Below, in pieces: positions 10,041 to 21,958 of a stretch of 64,000 nt of DNA. Position 1 is the stretch's first letter. Each line of letters starts with the position of its first letter. The stretch covers positions 55,871-119,870 of the forward strand of contig CAJAIK010000115.1 of the NCBI GenBank assembly GCA_903939765.1. The letters run 5' to 3'. Source of the stretch: an uncultured Chlorobiaceae bacterium. Its GTDB lineage: Bacteria > Bacteroidota > Chlorobiia > Chlorobiales > Chlorobiaceae. Below the pieces are notes generated by a model that worked only from the letters and a program-made list of their open reading frames with translations, ran no database searches and was not told the origin of the DNA. The position numbers and the translations under genes are program-made.

Positions 10041-11315
10041 TCAGTAGTGTGGTTGTTGCTGAAGCTGGGCCATCAGTTCATGAATGGAGTTCCAGTTGAG
10101 GGCCCCGTCACGTTTCAGGCGGGCGGCAAAATCAACCGCTGCTTTGCCTTCGGTATAGTCCCTCTCTCCGATACCGGCAGCGAGCAAAACCATTTTCCCC
10201 CGTTGAATGGCCGCTTCGGCAAGCTGAAGGTTGACAAGGTTTCCGGAGCCGAAAGGCACCTGGCTGAGTACGACTGCGTCAGCGCTCATGATCATCTCCA
10301 TCGCCTTTGCAATGGCCGCAGCGCCGACCGGCGAAAAGGGCTGCTCAAGCACAGCCGGAATGTTGAGCGCCCTGGCCGCTTCAGCATCCGAATCAAGGCG
10401 GTTCAGCACACCGGTCGTCACCTCATACCCCTCAATGAGAAGCCTGCGGTAGAGCTCAATGCCGCTGCCCCCGCCGGCAATAACATGAACACTCCTCTCC
10501 AGCTTTTTGCGCCGCCTCAGGCTGTCCATCGCGCCCGAAACCTGCAAATAACCGGTATAGGGATCCTGCTGCACCGTGAGGTCGCAATTGTAGACCCGGC
10601 TCAACAGTTCTGGCTCCAGCACTTCGGCGGGCGTTCCCGCTTTTGCAAGAGTACCGGCCTCCATGAGCAAAAAGCGGTCGGAGATACCGGCTGAGAGAGT
10701 CAGGTCATGGCTCACCAGCAAAATGGTCATCCGTTTTTCACGATTGAGCTTCATGAGAATCTGGAGCACCTCCTGACGATGGTTGATATCGAGATGGGAA
10801 ATCGACTCGTCGAGCATGATGATCTTCGGCTCCTGCGCAAGTACCATCGCAAGGGCAACTCGCTGCTGCTCCCCCCCGCTCAGCTCGGTAAAGAAGCGGT
10901 CGCGCAAGTCGAGAACATCGGTATAGATCATGGAGCGCTCGACAAGGTCATGATCGAGCGAAGAGGGAGTTCCCCAGCGCCCCATCGAGCTGATTCGACC
11001 GTTCATCACAATCTGGCTGACAGTAAAGGCCATGGGTGAGTCGATTTTCTGCGGCACAACGCCAAGCATTGAAGCTCGGATGGCTGGCTTGATGTGCTGA
11101 ACATCACGGCCAAAAAGCTCAACGGTTCCGGACAAGGGTTTCAGGAGTGCGGCGGCAGTTTTCAGCAAAGTGCTTTTGCCGCAACCGTTGGGGCCGATAA
11201 GGGAGACAAACTCCCCCTCCCTCACCGTAAAGCTGACGCTGTCGAGCACCCGTCTCTGCTTGTATCCGGCTGAAACATTTTTGAATATCAGTGCATCCTG
11301 TCCCATGTTATGCAA
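10041..11315 (-). CDS. ABC transporter ATP-binding protein, FecE/BtuD-like, with an extra ~170-aa C-terminal domain
   Basis: Walker A GPNGCGKST, signature LSGGEQQR, Walker B IIMLDESISHLD. Residues ~255-424 form a Rossmann-like extension (VHVIAGGGSGIELYRRL...). Confidence 0.85.
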   Translation of the reverse strand: MHNMGQDALIFKNVSAGYKQRRVLDSVSFTVREGEFVSLIGPNGCGKSTLLKTAAALLKPLSGTVELFGRDVQHIKPAIRASMLGVVPQKIDSPMAFTVSQIVMNGRISSMGRWGTPSSLDHDLVERSMIYTDVLDLRDRFFTELSGGEQQRVALAMVLAQEPKIIMLDESISHLDINHRQEVLQILMKLNREKRMTILLVSHDLTLSAGISDRFLLMEAGTLAKAGTPAEVLEPELLSRVYNCDLTVQQDPYTGYLQVSGAMDSLRRRKKLERSVHVIAGGGSGIELYRRLLIEGYEVTTGVLNRLDSDAEAARALNIPAVLEQPFSPVGAAAIAKAMEMIMSADAVVLSQVPFGSGNLVNLQLAEAAIQRGKMVLLAAGIGERDYTEGKAAVDFAARLKRDGALNWNSIHELMAQLQQQPHY

Positions 11316-12345
11316 TCCATGCCTGTTTCATTCTCCGCTGGAGAATAATGAGAAAAAAGGGCCCCCCGGCAAGGGCAGTCACAACACCAACGGGTATCTC
11401 AACCGGAGCAAGCAGGGTGCGGGCGACCGCATCGCAGAGAACAAGAAAGGTCCCACCGCCAAGAGCGGCAAGAGGAACAAGCTTGCGATGATCCGGCCCA
11501 AACATGGCACGCATGACATGGGGCACAATAAGGCCGACAAAGCCGATCATGCCCGAAAGGGAGACGGCCGTTGCGGCAAGAAGGGTCGCAAACAGGAGAC
11601 CGATGACAATGATGAAATCGGCTCGCAATCCCTGGTAATGAGCCATCTCGCGGCCGAGCGCAAGGGCGTTGAGCTGCGGGGAGAGCAGCCAGATTCCGCC
11701 AAGACCGGTAAAAATAAGAACGGCGGAGAGAAACTGCTGACTGGCGGTAACCGGTTGCAGGCTGCCGAGCATCCACCAGATCACATTGTGCATCCCTTCA
11801 ACACTTGCCGTAGAGACCAGAAACATAACAATACTCGAGCAAATTGAGCTGACGATAACACCACTGAGAATGAGACTGTACACCGATGGCTGGCCGCTTG
11901 ATCCCTGGCTTGCAATACCATAGACCACCATCAGCGTCAAAACGGCGGAAACAAAGGCAACGACTGGCAAGCCGAGAGTGGACAGCACTCCTGACCCCGC
12001 AAGAATGGTAAGCGTGGCTCCAAGACCAGCCCCGCCGCTCACCCCCAGAACATAGGGCTCGGCCAGAGGGTTGCGCAGCAGCGCCTGAAACACAACACCG
12101 GAGGCCGAGAGCGCTGCACCGGTCATCATCCCCATCAAAAGACGGCTGAACCGGAGCGACAGAATTGCACTGCCCGAAGGCGACTGTAGATCAGGAATAC
12201 CGATACCCGAAGGGCCGAGCAGCAGGGAGAGGGCAAGCAGCAAAGGAAATATGACAAGAAAGAGTGCAATCCTCAGCCTTGCCCTCATCTTGCCTTTACC
12301 GGTAAAGTTGTTATCGGCACATATCGGCGAACCCTTCATACCCAT
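11308..12345 (-). CDS. FecCD-family ABC permease (BtuC-like)
   Basis: Polytopic, Gly/Ala/Leu-rich protein ending ...GVVTALAGGPFFLIIL, typical of FecCD permeases. It overlaps both neighbours. Confidence 0.85.
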   Translation of the reverse strand: MGMKGSPICADNNFTGKGKMRARLRIALFLVIFPLLLALSLLLGPSGIGIPDLQSPSGSAILSLRFSRLLMGMMTGAALSASGVVFQALLRNPLAEPYVLGVSGGAGLGATLTILAGSGVLSTLGLPVVAFVSAVLTLMVVYGIASQGSSGQPSVYSLILSGVIVSSICSSIVMFLVSTASVEGMHNVIWWMLGSLQPVTASQQFLSAVLIFTGLGGIWLLSPQLNALALGREMAHYQGLRADFIIVIGLLFATLLAATAVSLSGMIGFVGLIVPHVMRAMFGPDHRKLVPLAALGGGTFLVLCDAVARTLLAPVEIPVGVVTALAGGPFFLIILQRRMKQAWIA

Positions 12346-12872
12346 CAGTTTTCAACACCCTTTTGTGCCGCAATGCCCTGCTCATAGCCATGTTTGACCA
12401 TCTTCATCTCCGTAACCGTATCGGCGGCGGCAACAAGCGCCTCCGGAGCATTCCGGCCGGTCATCACCACAATCTTGCCATCCCCTGCCGAACTGAGCGC
12501 TTCAAGCAGAGGCTCAAGGGGGATAAGGTTCTGGCCAAGGGCGAAACAGAGTTCATCAAGCAGCACAAAATCGTAATCGGGCGAACGCAGCGCATCGATG
12601 GCGGCATCAAGCCCTTTGCGGGCCGCAACCCTGTGGAGCTCCATGCTCGGGCTTTCGGAATCTCTCGGAAGGAATCCCTCACCGAATTGTTGCCACTCCA
12701 CCCCCTCAAGCTGGCTGAAAAACTTCTGTTCGCCGACCGAATTGTCGGATTTGACAAACTGGATCACTCGGGCTTTCATACCGTGGCCCAGTGCCCTTGC
12801 CAGCATTCCGAATGCCGCCGTGCTTTTGCCTTTACCGTTGCCTGTGAAGAGGAGGATACGTTGTTGTTTCAT
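12345..12872 (-). CDS. cobO: Cob(I)yrinic acid a,c-diamide adenosyltransferase
   Basis: The P-loop GNGKGKSTAAFG and DELCFAL motifs are characteristic of CobO/BtuR. 175 aa. Confidence 0.9.
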   Translation of the reverse strand: MKQQRILLFTGNGKGKSTAAFGMLARALGHGMKARVIQFVKSDNSVGEQKFFSQLEGVEWQQFGEGFLPRDSESPSMELHRVAARKGLDAAIDALRSPDYDFVLLDELCFALGQNLIPLEPLLEALSSAGDGKIVVMTGRNAPEALVAAADTVTEMKMVKHGYEQGIAAQKGVEN

Positions 12873-12981
12873 GAGAAATTTTTGTACAATATTTATACTT
12901 TTACATAAAATTCGACGTGCACAATAAGAAGTGTATTTAGTCGATGTATACGGTCATACACACCACTAATACACTTTGTTT

Positions 12982-13209
12982 TCACCTCAAACCTTCCAAA
13001 GGATTTTGGTTTTCGCCATACAATTCAACAGCATCAATTGCATTCATGTCATGGCTCTCTTCATACTCTCCATCCCACCAAAACGCATGTATCTTGGGCA
13101 TTATACTCAATGCAGAATATCGTTATAACCATCCTCATAACCACGAACGACTACTTTGGTTTCTGGTGGCAACAATTGACAAGTGTTGAATAAGTTCGAG
13201 AATGGTCAT
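12982..13209 (-). pseudogene. Decayed small ORF (two frame disruptions)
   Basis: My own translation gives MTILELIQHLS, then in another frame QLLPPETKVVVRGYEDGYNDILH*, then SIMPKIHAFWWDGEYEESHDMNAIDAVELYGENQNPLEGLR*. It reads as one small protein broken by frameshifts and lies in the AT-rich insert. Confidence 0.4.
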
Positions 13210-13282
13210 GATTTTATTGAGTATAAGGGAATGCGCTGTGGTAACTTAAGCCTTCTTTATTAATATCCATGAAATGCAAGTG

Positions 13283-13684
13283 TTATTTTGTCCAGTTTTC
13301 TATTTTTAAACCTGCTACTCTTTCGAATTCTCTCACATTATTGGTCACTAAAATCATACCAAGGCTTTTAGCATGCGAAGCAATAAGCATATCCAAGGAC
13401 CCGATCACAATTCCTTTCTTCTCTAATTCAGCTCTTATTTTCCCATATTCAAGAGTCGCTTCATAGCCGTAATCAATAATTTCAATTGGAGTCAGGAATT
13501 TCTCCAATGCCTCTCGATTCTTCTCTGCGTTAGAGCTTTTTTCGATCCCGTATTGCAACTCCGCTAACGTTATAGACGAAATCCCCACATCTCCAATTGT
13601 AAGGTTTTTGAATTTTTCAAAAACCTCAGCAGGTTTCTTCTTTATGATATAAATGCAGATATTTGTATCAAGCAAGTATTCCAT
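13283..13684 (-). CDS. vapC: Type II toxin VapC (PIN domain)
   Basis: MEYLLDTNICIYIIKKKP is the PIN N-terminal motif. The gene is AT-rich and its start overlaps the antitoxin stop. Confidence 0.85.
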   Translation of the reverse strand: MEYLLDTNICIYIIKKKPAEVFEKFKNLTIGDVGISSITLAELQYGIEKSSNAEKNREALEKFLTPIEIIDYGYEATLEYGKIRAELEKKGIVIGSLDMLIASHAKSLGMILVTNNVREFERVAGLKIENWTK

Positions 13685-13920
13685 TAGTCTAAAGATTCTC
13701 TTTGTTGTTGATCATGCTGGTTTCTTTCCTCCATAAAATCTGATGTAAAAGAATCTGTACTGTCAATCAAATTTTGCCAAGGACTATGGTATGGAATAAG
13801 ATAAAGCGTATTACCCACTTTTTTGAGGTAAACTTTATCATCGTTTATCCTCATTTTCTTTGGAATCCTGATAGCTTGAACTCCTTTATTGTTTTTAATG
13901 TCAATTGCTTCAAGTCTCAT
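13684..13920 (-). CDS. vapB: AbrB/SpoVT-type antitoxin (VapB/VagC-like)
   Basis: GVQAIRIPKKMRI is an AbrB-like hairpin. 78 aa, directly upstream of the PIN gene. Confidence 0.8.
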   Translation of the reverse strand: MRLEAIDIKNNKGVQAIRIPKKMRINDDKVYLKKVGNTLYLIPYHSPWQNLIDSTDSFTSDFMEERNQHDQQQRESLD

Positions 13921-14084
13921 AATCTGTGAATTTTAGAATTCAAATGTATTCAAGTAGCTTGAATCTGTGATTGAAATCTCCTTAAATTGACCTGCAACTT
14001 TTTTCAACTCAGAACCACTCTCCAAATGTACTGATTTTCCATCCCTCTACGCACAAAATCCTCTCCTGGGGGTAGCACTTGAAC

Positions 14085-15041
14085 CTATAACACTGATTGC
14101 ACGACAATTCGAATTCCAACCCCAAGAACAAGAAACAACGCGGCCGTCAGGCGCATCAACTGTACACTTCGCCGAATGGTGAGCGGCGTACACTCCCCCG
14201 CCCTGATGCCGAGCTGCGGAGCATCGTGAAACTCTCCGCCATAACTTCTTGCGCCTCCGAAGGTGACGCCAAGCGCTCCGGCGCAGGCGCATTCGGGATA
14301 ACCTGAGTTGGGGCTTGCATGACGCCGCGCCCCCTGACGGACTGCTTGAAAGATATCAAAAAATCGAAGGTTGCTGAGAGCCGCTGCCAGTGCAATCACG
14401 AACACCGTCACTCTTGCAGGCAGGTAGTTGGCAAGGTCGTCAAGCTTGGCGGCAGCCCAGCCAAACTCCAAATAGCGTTCGTTTTTATAGCCAAAGGTAG
14501 AGTCGATGGTGTTGATGGCCTTGTAGGCAATGGCACCGACGGGACCGAAGAGCAGCGCATAAAAGAGAGGGGCAGTGACACCGTCAACACTGTTCTCTGC
14601 AACACTCTCCGTTGCTGCAAGAGCTATACCTCCCACAGTCAAGGAGGCCGTGTCGCGCCCGACCATAAAGGAGACCTTCCGGCGGGCCAGTTCGATATCT
14701 CCGGCATCAAGCGCCTGCTCGACGGCCCGTGCATGATCGCAAAGATCCTTGACGGCAAAGCAACTGTACATAAGATACATCGCCACAGCCATCCCTGCCC
14801 ACGGATGCAGCTTCGCCGCCAGAATCACGAGCAATCCGGCAACTCCGGCAGAGCCGCCAACAACAATCAGAACAGCAAGAATACCCGCCAGACGAAGTGG
14901 AAGAACGGTGCCTCTCAGCAATGCCTCACTCTGCATGGCAAGCCAGCCGATCCCCTTGACCGGATGAGGCATCCAGCGTGGATCACCGGCAATGAGATCG
15001 AGCAGATAAGCTGCCAGGAGAAGAGTGTCAGCAGTAACCAT
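14085..15041 (-). CDS. cbiB: Adenosylcobinamide-phosphate synthase
   Basis: LLDLIAGDPRWMPHPVKGIGW is the hallmark CbiB/CobD N-terminus. It is a polytopic membrane protein. Confidence 0.9.
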   Translation of the reverse strand: MVTADTLLLAAYLLDLIAGDPRWMPHPVKGIGWLAMQSEALLRGTVLPLRLAGILAVLIVVGGSAGVAGLLVILAAKLHPWAGMAVAMYLMYSCFAVKDLCDHARAVEQALDAGDIELARRKVSFMVGRDTASLTVGGIALAATESVAENSVDGVTAPLFYALLFGPVGAIAYKAINTIDSTFGYKNERYLEFGWAAAKLDDLANYLPARVTVFVIALAAALSNLRFFDIFQAVRQGARRHASPNSGYPECACAGALGVTFGGARSYGGEFHDAPQLGIRAGECTPLTIRRSVQLMRLTAALFLVLGVGIRIVVQSVL

Positions 15042-15047
15042 CTGCGC

Positions 15048-16174
15048 TCAGTTAGAGGATTGAGGGCTGAAATTTTCCGGCAACGGGTTTGTTTTCGATG
15101 GGCCGACTATGGAACGCATGGACGAACGCAGTGCGTCAAGCAGACGATCATTCTCAACAGGCTGGCGGATGGCAAAGCGGAAATAGTTTTCCTCAAGGCC
15201 GGTAAAGTTTCGGCAATCCCTGACATAAAGCTGACGCTCGGCAAGCCAGGAGAGCAAAACATAGAGCGGGCTGCCTCCATTCCATTGGGCAAGAAAAAAA
15301 TTGGCTGCACCACCGGCAAGTTTTATCCCTTCAATCTGCAAAAACGAATCAGTTATTCGCTCTCTTTCTGAAAATATCATGGTTCGAACCTCCTCTTCAT
15401 AGGCGCCAAACTCAAGCAGCAACGGGGCAACCGACTCGGCAATGGCATTGACCGTCCAGGGCTCTTTGTAGTGGAGCAATCGCTGAATAATCGTTGGATG
15501 GGCTATGATGGCTCCAAGACGCAACCCCGGTAATGCATAGAATTTGGTGAGTGAATGGAGCACGATGACATTTTTCAGTGCCATTACCCTGTCCATAAGG
15601 GAATTATCGGGAAAGTCGGGAGTGAACTGTATGAATGCCTCATCAAGGATAAACCATTTTTCAGGAAAACGGCTTGCGAGCGCCATGATAATCTCCGGCG
15701 GCACCTCCGTTCCTGTGGGGTTATTGGGATTCGCCACAACAAAGGCGTCGGCAAGAAGCAGAGCCTCGGCCAGCAGCTCAATAGAGGGTAACTGAAACCC
15801 GTTTTCGGCAAGAAGAGGAAGAAAAGTAATCTCTGCTCCGACCGCCCTTCCTGCCCGTTCGTACTCATAAAAGGAGGGTGAGAGCAGGAGCATACGGCGA
15901 AGCCCCAACGCCCTTGGCAGAAGATAGATGCCTTCAGTCGCGCCATTGAGGGGCAGCACCATGGTACCGTTGAAGCCAAACTTTCCTTTATAAAAATCCT
16001 TTATGCCTCGTCCATCAATCGAAGGGTAGCTCTGGAGTGAAAAGTTGTCAAGCGAAAGAGTGCCGATTGGAGGAGCGATCGGACTGATATTGATGCTGAA
16101 ATCAAGCACCGCTCTGCCATCCTGCGTCGCGTGGTTAAGATGCGCTCCGCCATGCTGATGGTGATAAAGAGTGG

Positions 16175-16178
<4 letters not shown>
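15048..16178 (-). CDS. cobD: Threonine-phosphate decarboxylase (class I/II aminotransferase fold)
   Basis: It contains the PLP-lysine motif [15 protein letters not shown]. It lies between cbiB and cobQ. Confidence 0.8.
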
Positions 16179-18339
<2,161 letters not shown>

Positions 18340-18402
18340 TTATGATTGAAAAAGGAGTGCTCGCATAAATGAGCACTCCTTGCACAACTAACGGAGGCGA
18401 AA

Positions 18403-20403
18403 CTATATATCGCCACGGATACCAATGGTAACAGTTCGTCCCGCCATGGGATACCCCTTTGCGTACTGATATTCACGATCAAAAAGATTATCGACTTCAC
18501 AGGATATTGTTAAAGCCTTACCATTTTTTTGTGACTCATCAAAAGCGAATTTTTTTGAAACCGTCATATTGGCAACGGCAAATCCTCCCTTGGTTATGAG
18601 ATCAACAGGATTTGGATAGATGTTGTCCTCATAGTTCTCAATCTGGGTAGCACCGGTATAGGCAAGGTTAAAAACTCCGTTAAGACCCCGTTTATCGTGC
18701 CATCTCACTCCTGCAGTTGCATTCCACTGAGGTGTATAAAGAAGCAGGGCGTTCGTAGAATCATCACGATACCTTGTCAAATAGGTATAATTGACATAAG
18801 GGATGACGGTCCAATCAGCACTGAACGGCTGAAGTGATTTCGAAAATTCAGCTTCCAGGCCTGAAATCGTCGCTCCCCCCAGATTATGCCAGCTTGCATT
18901 TCCGCCGATACTGGTCGCCTGTATCTTGTCCTTGAAATAGGTCGTGAACCAGGTCAGTGAAGAGGTTAATCCCTTGCAGGCAAGATCAATACCGGCTTCA
19001 TAGGTTTTGCTTTTTTCTGGTTTAAGAGATGCATTGCCGACGTAATGCGTTCCCCATGGCGACACAAAGTTGGCGGCAAGCTCATCAGTTGCCGGCATTC
19101 TGAACCCTTCTCCGTAAGAAGCCCGAAGCTTGATATTTTCCGGCAAATTCCATGCAACACCAAATTGTTTAGTGATACTGTCAGAACCCTGCTTTTGCTG
19201 CTCGGAAGATGTAAACCTCTGATACATAAGGTTATAAGAATCATAACGACATCCGGCTGACAACACAAGCTGTTCATCCATCAGAAATCCTTTAAGCAAC
19301 AAAAACCAGGCCGGATTATCGTACTCTGACTTAAACGGAGCATAAGGCGTCGAAACTTCTTCATACTTGGCCCAATCGACACCGGTTGTAACTCTGAAAA
19401 AGTCATGATTGTAGGTAACCTGGGCCTGTGCACCCTTGTGATCAACATTTTTGCTATAGGGAATACCATCATCCCAAAAATCCGGGTTGCTTAGGATCGG
19501 ATTGAAAAAGGTGTACTTGTCTTGACCGGTAAAGTAACGGGTCATCCAGGTAAAACGCTTATCGGCTGTTGATCCATCATAAATGAAATCGATGGAATGG
19601 TTCTTCTGCACGGTGTAGTCATCAAAATCATTCTGACTCAGATAAGATGGCGCACCTGCCTTTCCCACTTCGAAATGATTATAGACTATACCGATCCTGT
19701 TTCCGGGCTGAAACTCATACCCTATGTTGAAACTACCTGTTTTTTCATCGTCATAACCGGTATTGACATACTTCTTTCCATTTCCCGTTTTATAGTCTCC
19801 CATTTTTGATTGAGAAACAACTCCGGAAAAATCAAACTTTCCTGCACTCCCGCTTGTGCCCGCAGTTGTTTTTGCAAAGCCATAACTGCCTGCTCTCTGC
19901 TCAATAAAGAGAGTGGGTGTTCCGTTGCCTTTAGCGGTAATAACATTCACGATGCCACCGATTGCGGCAGATCCGTACTGTACCGCTGCCGGGCCACGAA
20001 TAATCTCAATACGCTCAATATTTCCGGTGGAAATCTTGGCCAGATTACCCGTGCCAATGCGCCTTCCGTTAAGAAGAATAAGTACCTTGCCTCTTAAATC
20101 AATGCCGTGGGTCTCGGAGCGGAATCCTCTTATTCCAACAGTCGTTGATGTACCGGGATATTTCTGGATATGACCAATGCTTTTTTCAGCAAGCAGTTCT
20201 CCGAGATCCTGAGCGGAAGATTGTTTAATCTCCTCACTGCTGATTATGGTAATGTTTGACGTCACATTTTTTTTAGGTTCTTCAACACGACTTGACGTCA
20301 CAACCATCTCCTCCCCGGTAAAGCTTCCTGGCTGCTCCTCGGCCAAAAGCCCCCTGCTGCTGAGGATGGCGGCCATGACAATGAGAAATACTTTTTTGTT
20401 CAT
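18403..20403 (-). CDS. TonB-dependent receptor (BtuB-like cobalamin/corrinoid receptor by context)
   Basis: It has a signal peptide, a TonB-box/plug region (EEMVVTSSR), a beta-barrel and an aromatic C-terminus. It is the first gene downstream of the cobalamin riboswitch. Confidence 0.85.
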   Translation of the reverse strand: MNKKVFLIVMAAILSSRGLLAEEQPGSFTGEEMVVTSSRVEEPKKNVTSNITIISSEEIKQSSAQDLGELLAEKSIGHIQKYPGTSTTVGIRGFRSETHGIDLRGKVLILLNGRRIGTGNLAKISTGNIERIEIIRGPAAVQYGSAAIGGIVNVITAKGNGTPTLFIEQRAGSYGFAKTTAGTSGSAGKFDFSGVVSQSKMGDYKTGNGKKYVNTGYDDEKTGSFNIGYEFQPGNRIGIVYNHFEVGKAGAPSYLSQNDFDDYTVQKNHSIDFIYDGSTADKRFTWMTRYFTGQDKYTFFNPILSNPDFWDDGIPYSKNVDHKGAQAQVTYNHDFFRVTTGVDWAKYEEVSTPYAPFKSEYDNPAWFLLLKGFLMDEQLVLSAGCRYDSYNLMYQRFTSSEQQKQGSDSITKQFGVAWNLPENIKLRASYGEGFRMPATDELAANFVSPWGTHYVGNASLKPEKSKTYEAGIDLACKGLTSSLTWFTTYFKDKIQATSIGGNASWHNLGGATISGLEAEFSKSLQPFSADWTVIPYVNYTYLTRYRDDSTNALLLYTPQWNATAGVRWHDKRGLNGVFNLAYTGATQIENYEDNIYPNPVDLITKGGFAVANMTVSKKFAFDESQKNGKALTISCEVDNLFDREYQYAKGYPMAGRTVTIGIRGDI

Positions 20404-20689
20404 TTGTTTTTCACCTGTTTTCAGTTTTAGAAATACATCAACTGACAGGGGCTATCTAAAGGCGGCGTGTAACTGATATAAAACAGTGCTGATGATTTTT
20501 TTGCAACATGGATTGGCGGATGAAAACAGATAAGACAAACCCTGGGAAATAGCCCTGAAGGTTCGGTTAACTCTGCAATATCCAGCAACAATGCCGTGCA
20601 AAAAGATCAAATGGAAAGCAATGCAAAAGTGGTACAGCTTTGCCCCGACTATAACCCGTAGTCCGATCTTGTAATGCAAAAATAACTGG

Positions 20690-20900
20690 CAGGTCTCCTG
20701 ACTTTAACGGCTTGACTCTGTTCCGGGCCTTCCCGCACTTTTCCGAGGAGGAAAGGTGTGCAGTGACCTGAAACGACCCTCAAAAACTTTTGCATGAGGC
20801 CATGCGTTGCTTTTGGGGGTTATCCGTTGTACAGTTGCGGGTACAGTTTACGATTTTCACGTAATTCCCTATTCTCCGGCTTTTAAACCGGCACCAGCTA
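20690..20900 (-). promoter_or_regulatory. Cobalamin (B12) riboswitch
   Basis: The minus-strand reading is GGTGCCGG..AATAGGGAATTACGTGAAAATCGTAAACTGTACCCGCAACTGTA ... GGTCACTGCAC..GTGCGGGAAGGCCC ... AGTCAGGAGACCTGCC. The last element is the B12 box, at 20698-20713. All conserved core elements are in canonical order. Confidence 0.85.
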
Positions 20901-21224
20901 CGAAAGAACAATTGTGGTGCGCCATTTTAAGAAAATTCCCCGATAAAAAAAACAGAGAACAGCATTTATTGCTGATTTTTCCACCCGTTCCGCACATTTT
21001 TTGCCGAACACCCCGGCAAACTCCTGCAGTAAACAACGCGTCATCGATTTTGTCTTCAAACTCGTTGAGACCTCTGTCAGGACTTTGCTTATATTCCGGC
21101 CATTTTTACAGGAACCTCTATAAAGGTGCGCAAGTTCAGACGCACCGTCAGAGTCGGGACAACGCGGCAATGCTGGCGTGCAATAACGTTTTAGAGGTTC
21201 CCATGAGTCATAACGCAATCCTGT

Positions 21225-21839
21225 ATGTTTATGGATACCAGAGTGTCATTGTACGAAAGCCCTGTCATTATCGAAGATCGGGAAGCATGGGAGCAGATAA
21301 ATCTGAAGGATGCCGGAACGATCGAGGTTGAAATAGGCTTCGGCAGCGGCGAGTATCTTCTCAGGAGGGCATCGGAATACCCCGACAGACTGTTTATCGG
21401 CATCGAAAAGAAATCCGGCCTGATAACGGAAGTTGCAAAAAAGGTTGCAAGCCTTAACCTTGAGAACATCCGGCTGCTCGATTCGTGCGCCAGCAACGTC
21501 TTTACCTACCTCTTCCCTGCCTGTTCTCTTTCACGGGCCTATTCGCTCTTTCCCGATCCCTGGCCAAAAAAAAGGCATATCAAATACAGACTCTTTTCGA
21601 CGCAATACCTGCGCCTGCTCAACAACCGGCTTATTTCAGGCGGCGAAGCGCTCATTGTGACCGACAGCGAAGATTACTGCAACTGGGTGCTGAAGCAGCT
21701 CCCTTGCACCGGCTTCGAGGTTGAAAGCAGCACCATACCGCCGCAATTTGACACCAGATTCGAGCGGAAATGGCTGGATCAGGACTTCAACACCTTCTTC
21801 AGGATTCTGCTCAGGAAAACAGAGCACATCGAAGCTTGA
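21225..21839 (+). CDS. trmB: tRNA (guanine46-N7)-methyltransferase
   Basis: EVEIGFGSGEYLL (SAM-binding motif) and FPDPWPKKRHIKYR are the TrmB signature. Confidence 0.9.
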   Translation: MFMDTRVSLYESPVIIEDREAWEQINLKDAGTIEVEIGFGSGEYLLRRASEYPDRLFIGIEKKSGLITEVAKKVASLNLENIRLLDSCASNVFTYLFPACSLSRAYSLFPDPWPKKRHIKYRLFSTQYLRLLNNRLISGGEALIVTDSEDYCNWVLKQLPCTGFEVESSTIPPQFDTRFERKWLDQDFNTFFRILLRKTEHIEA

Positions 21840-21958
21840 ATGCCCCATCCGGTCCCTGATCACCGGCTTATCCGCAACTGTGTTGGATGCCCTTCAGCCG
21901 CTCAACAATCTCCCGGTTTCGCCGATCGAAGATTTTCCCGATATCCTGATTGAACCAT

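Noticed and set aside
20807-21331. A 174-aa plus-strand ORF and other ORFs (20452..20679, 20898..21218) in the receptor-trmB intergenic region.
   Set aside because: They overlap the cobalamin riboswitch and its leader, have no coding-like features, and the region is explained by RNA structure and divergent promoters.
21899-21957. A possible short attC-like site just after the DUF1016 stop (GCTCAAC ... ATTGAAC).
   Set aside because: The terminal boxes match only 5/7. The interior shows direct rather than inverted similarity (AATCTCCCGG / GATTTTCCCG), so no convincing stem can form.
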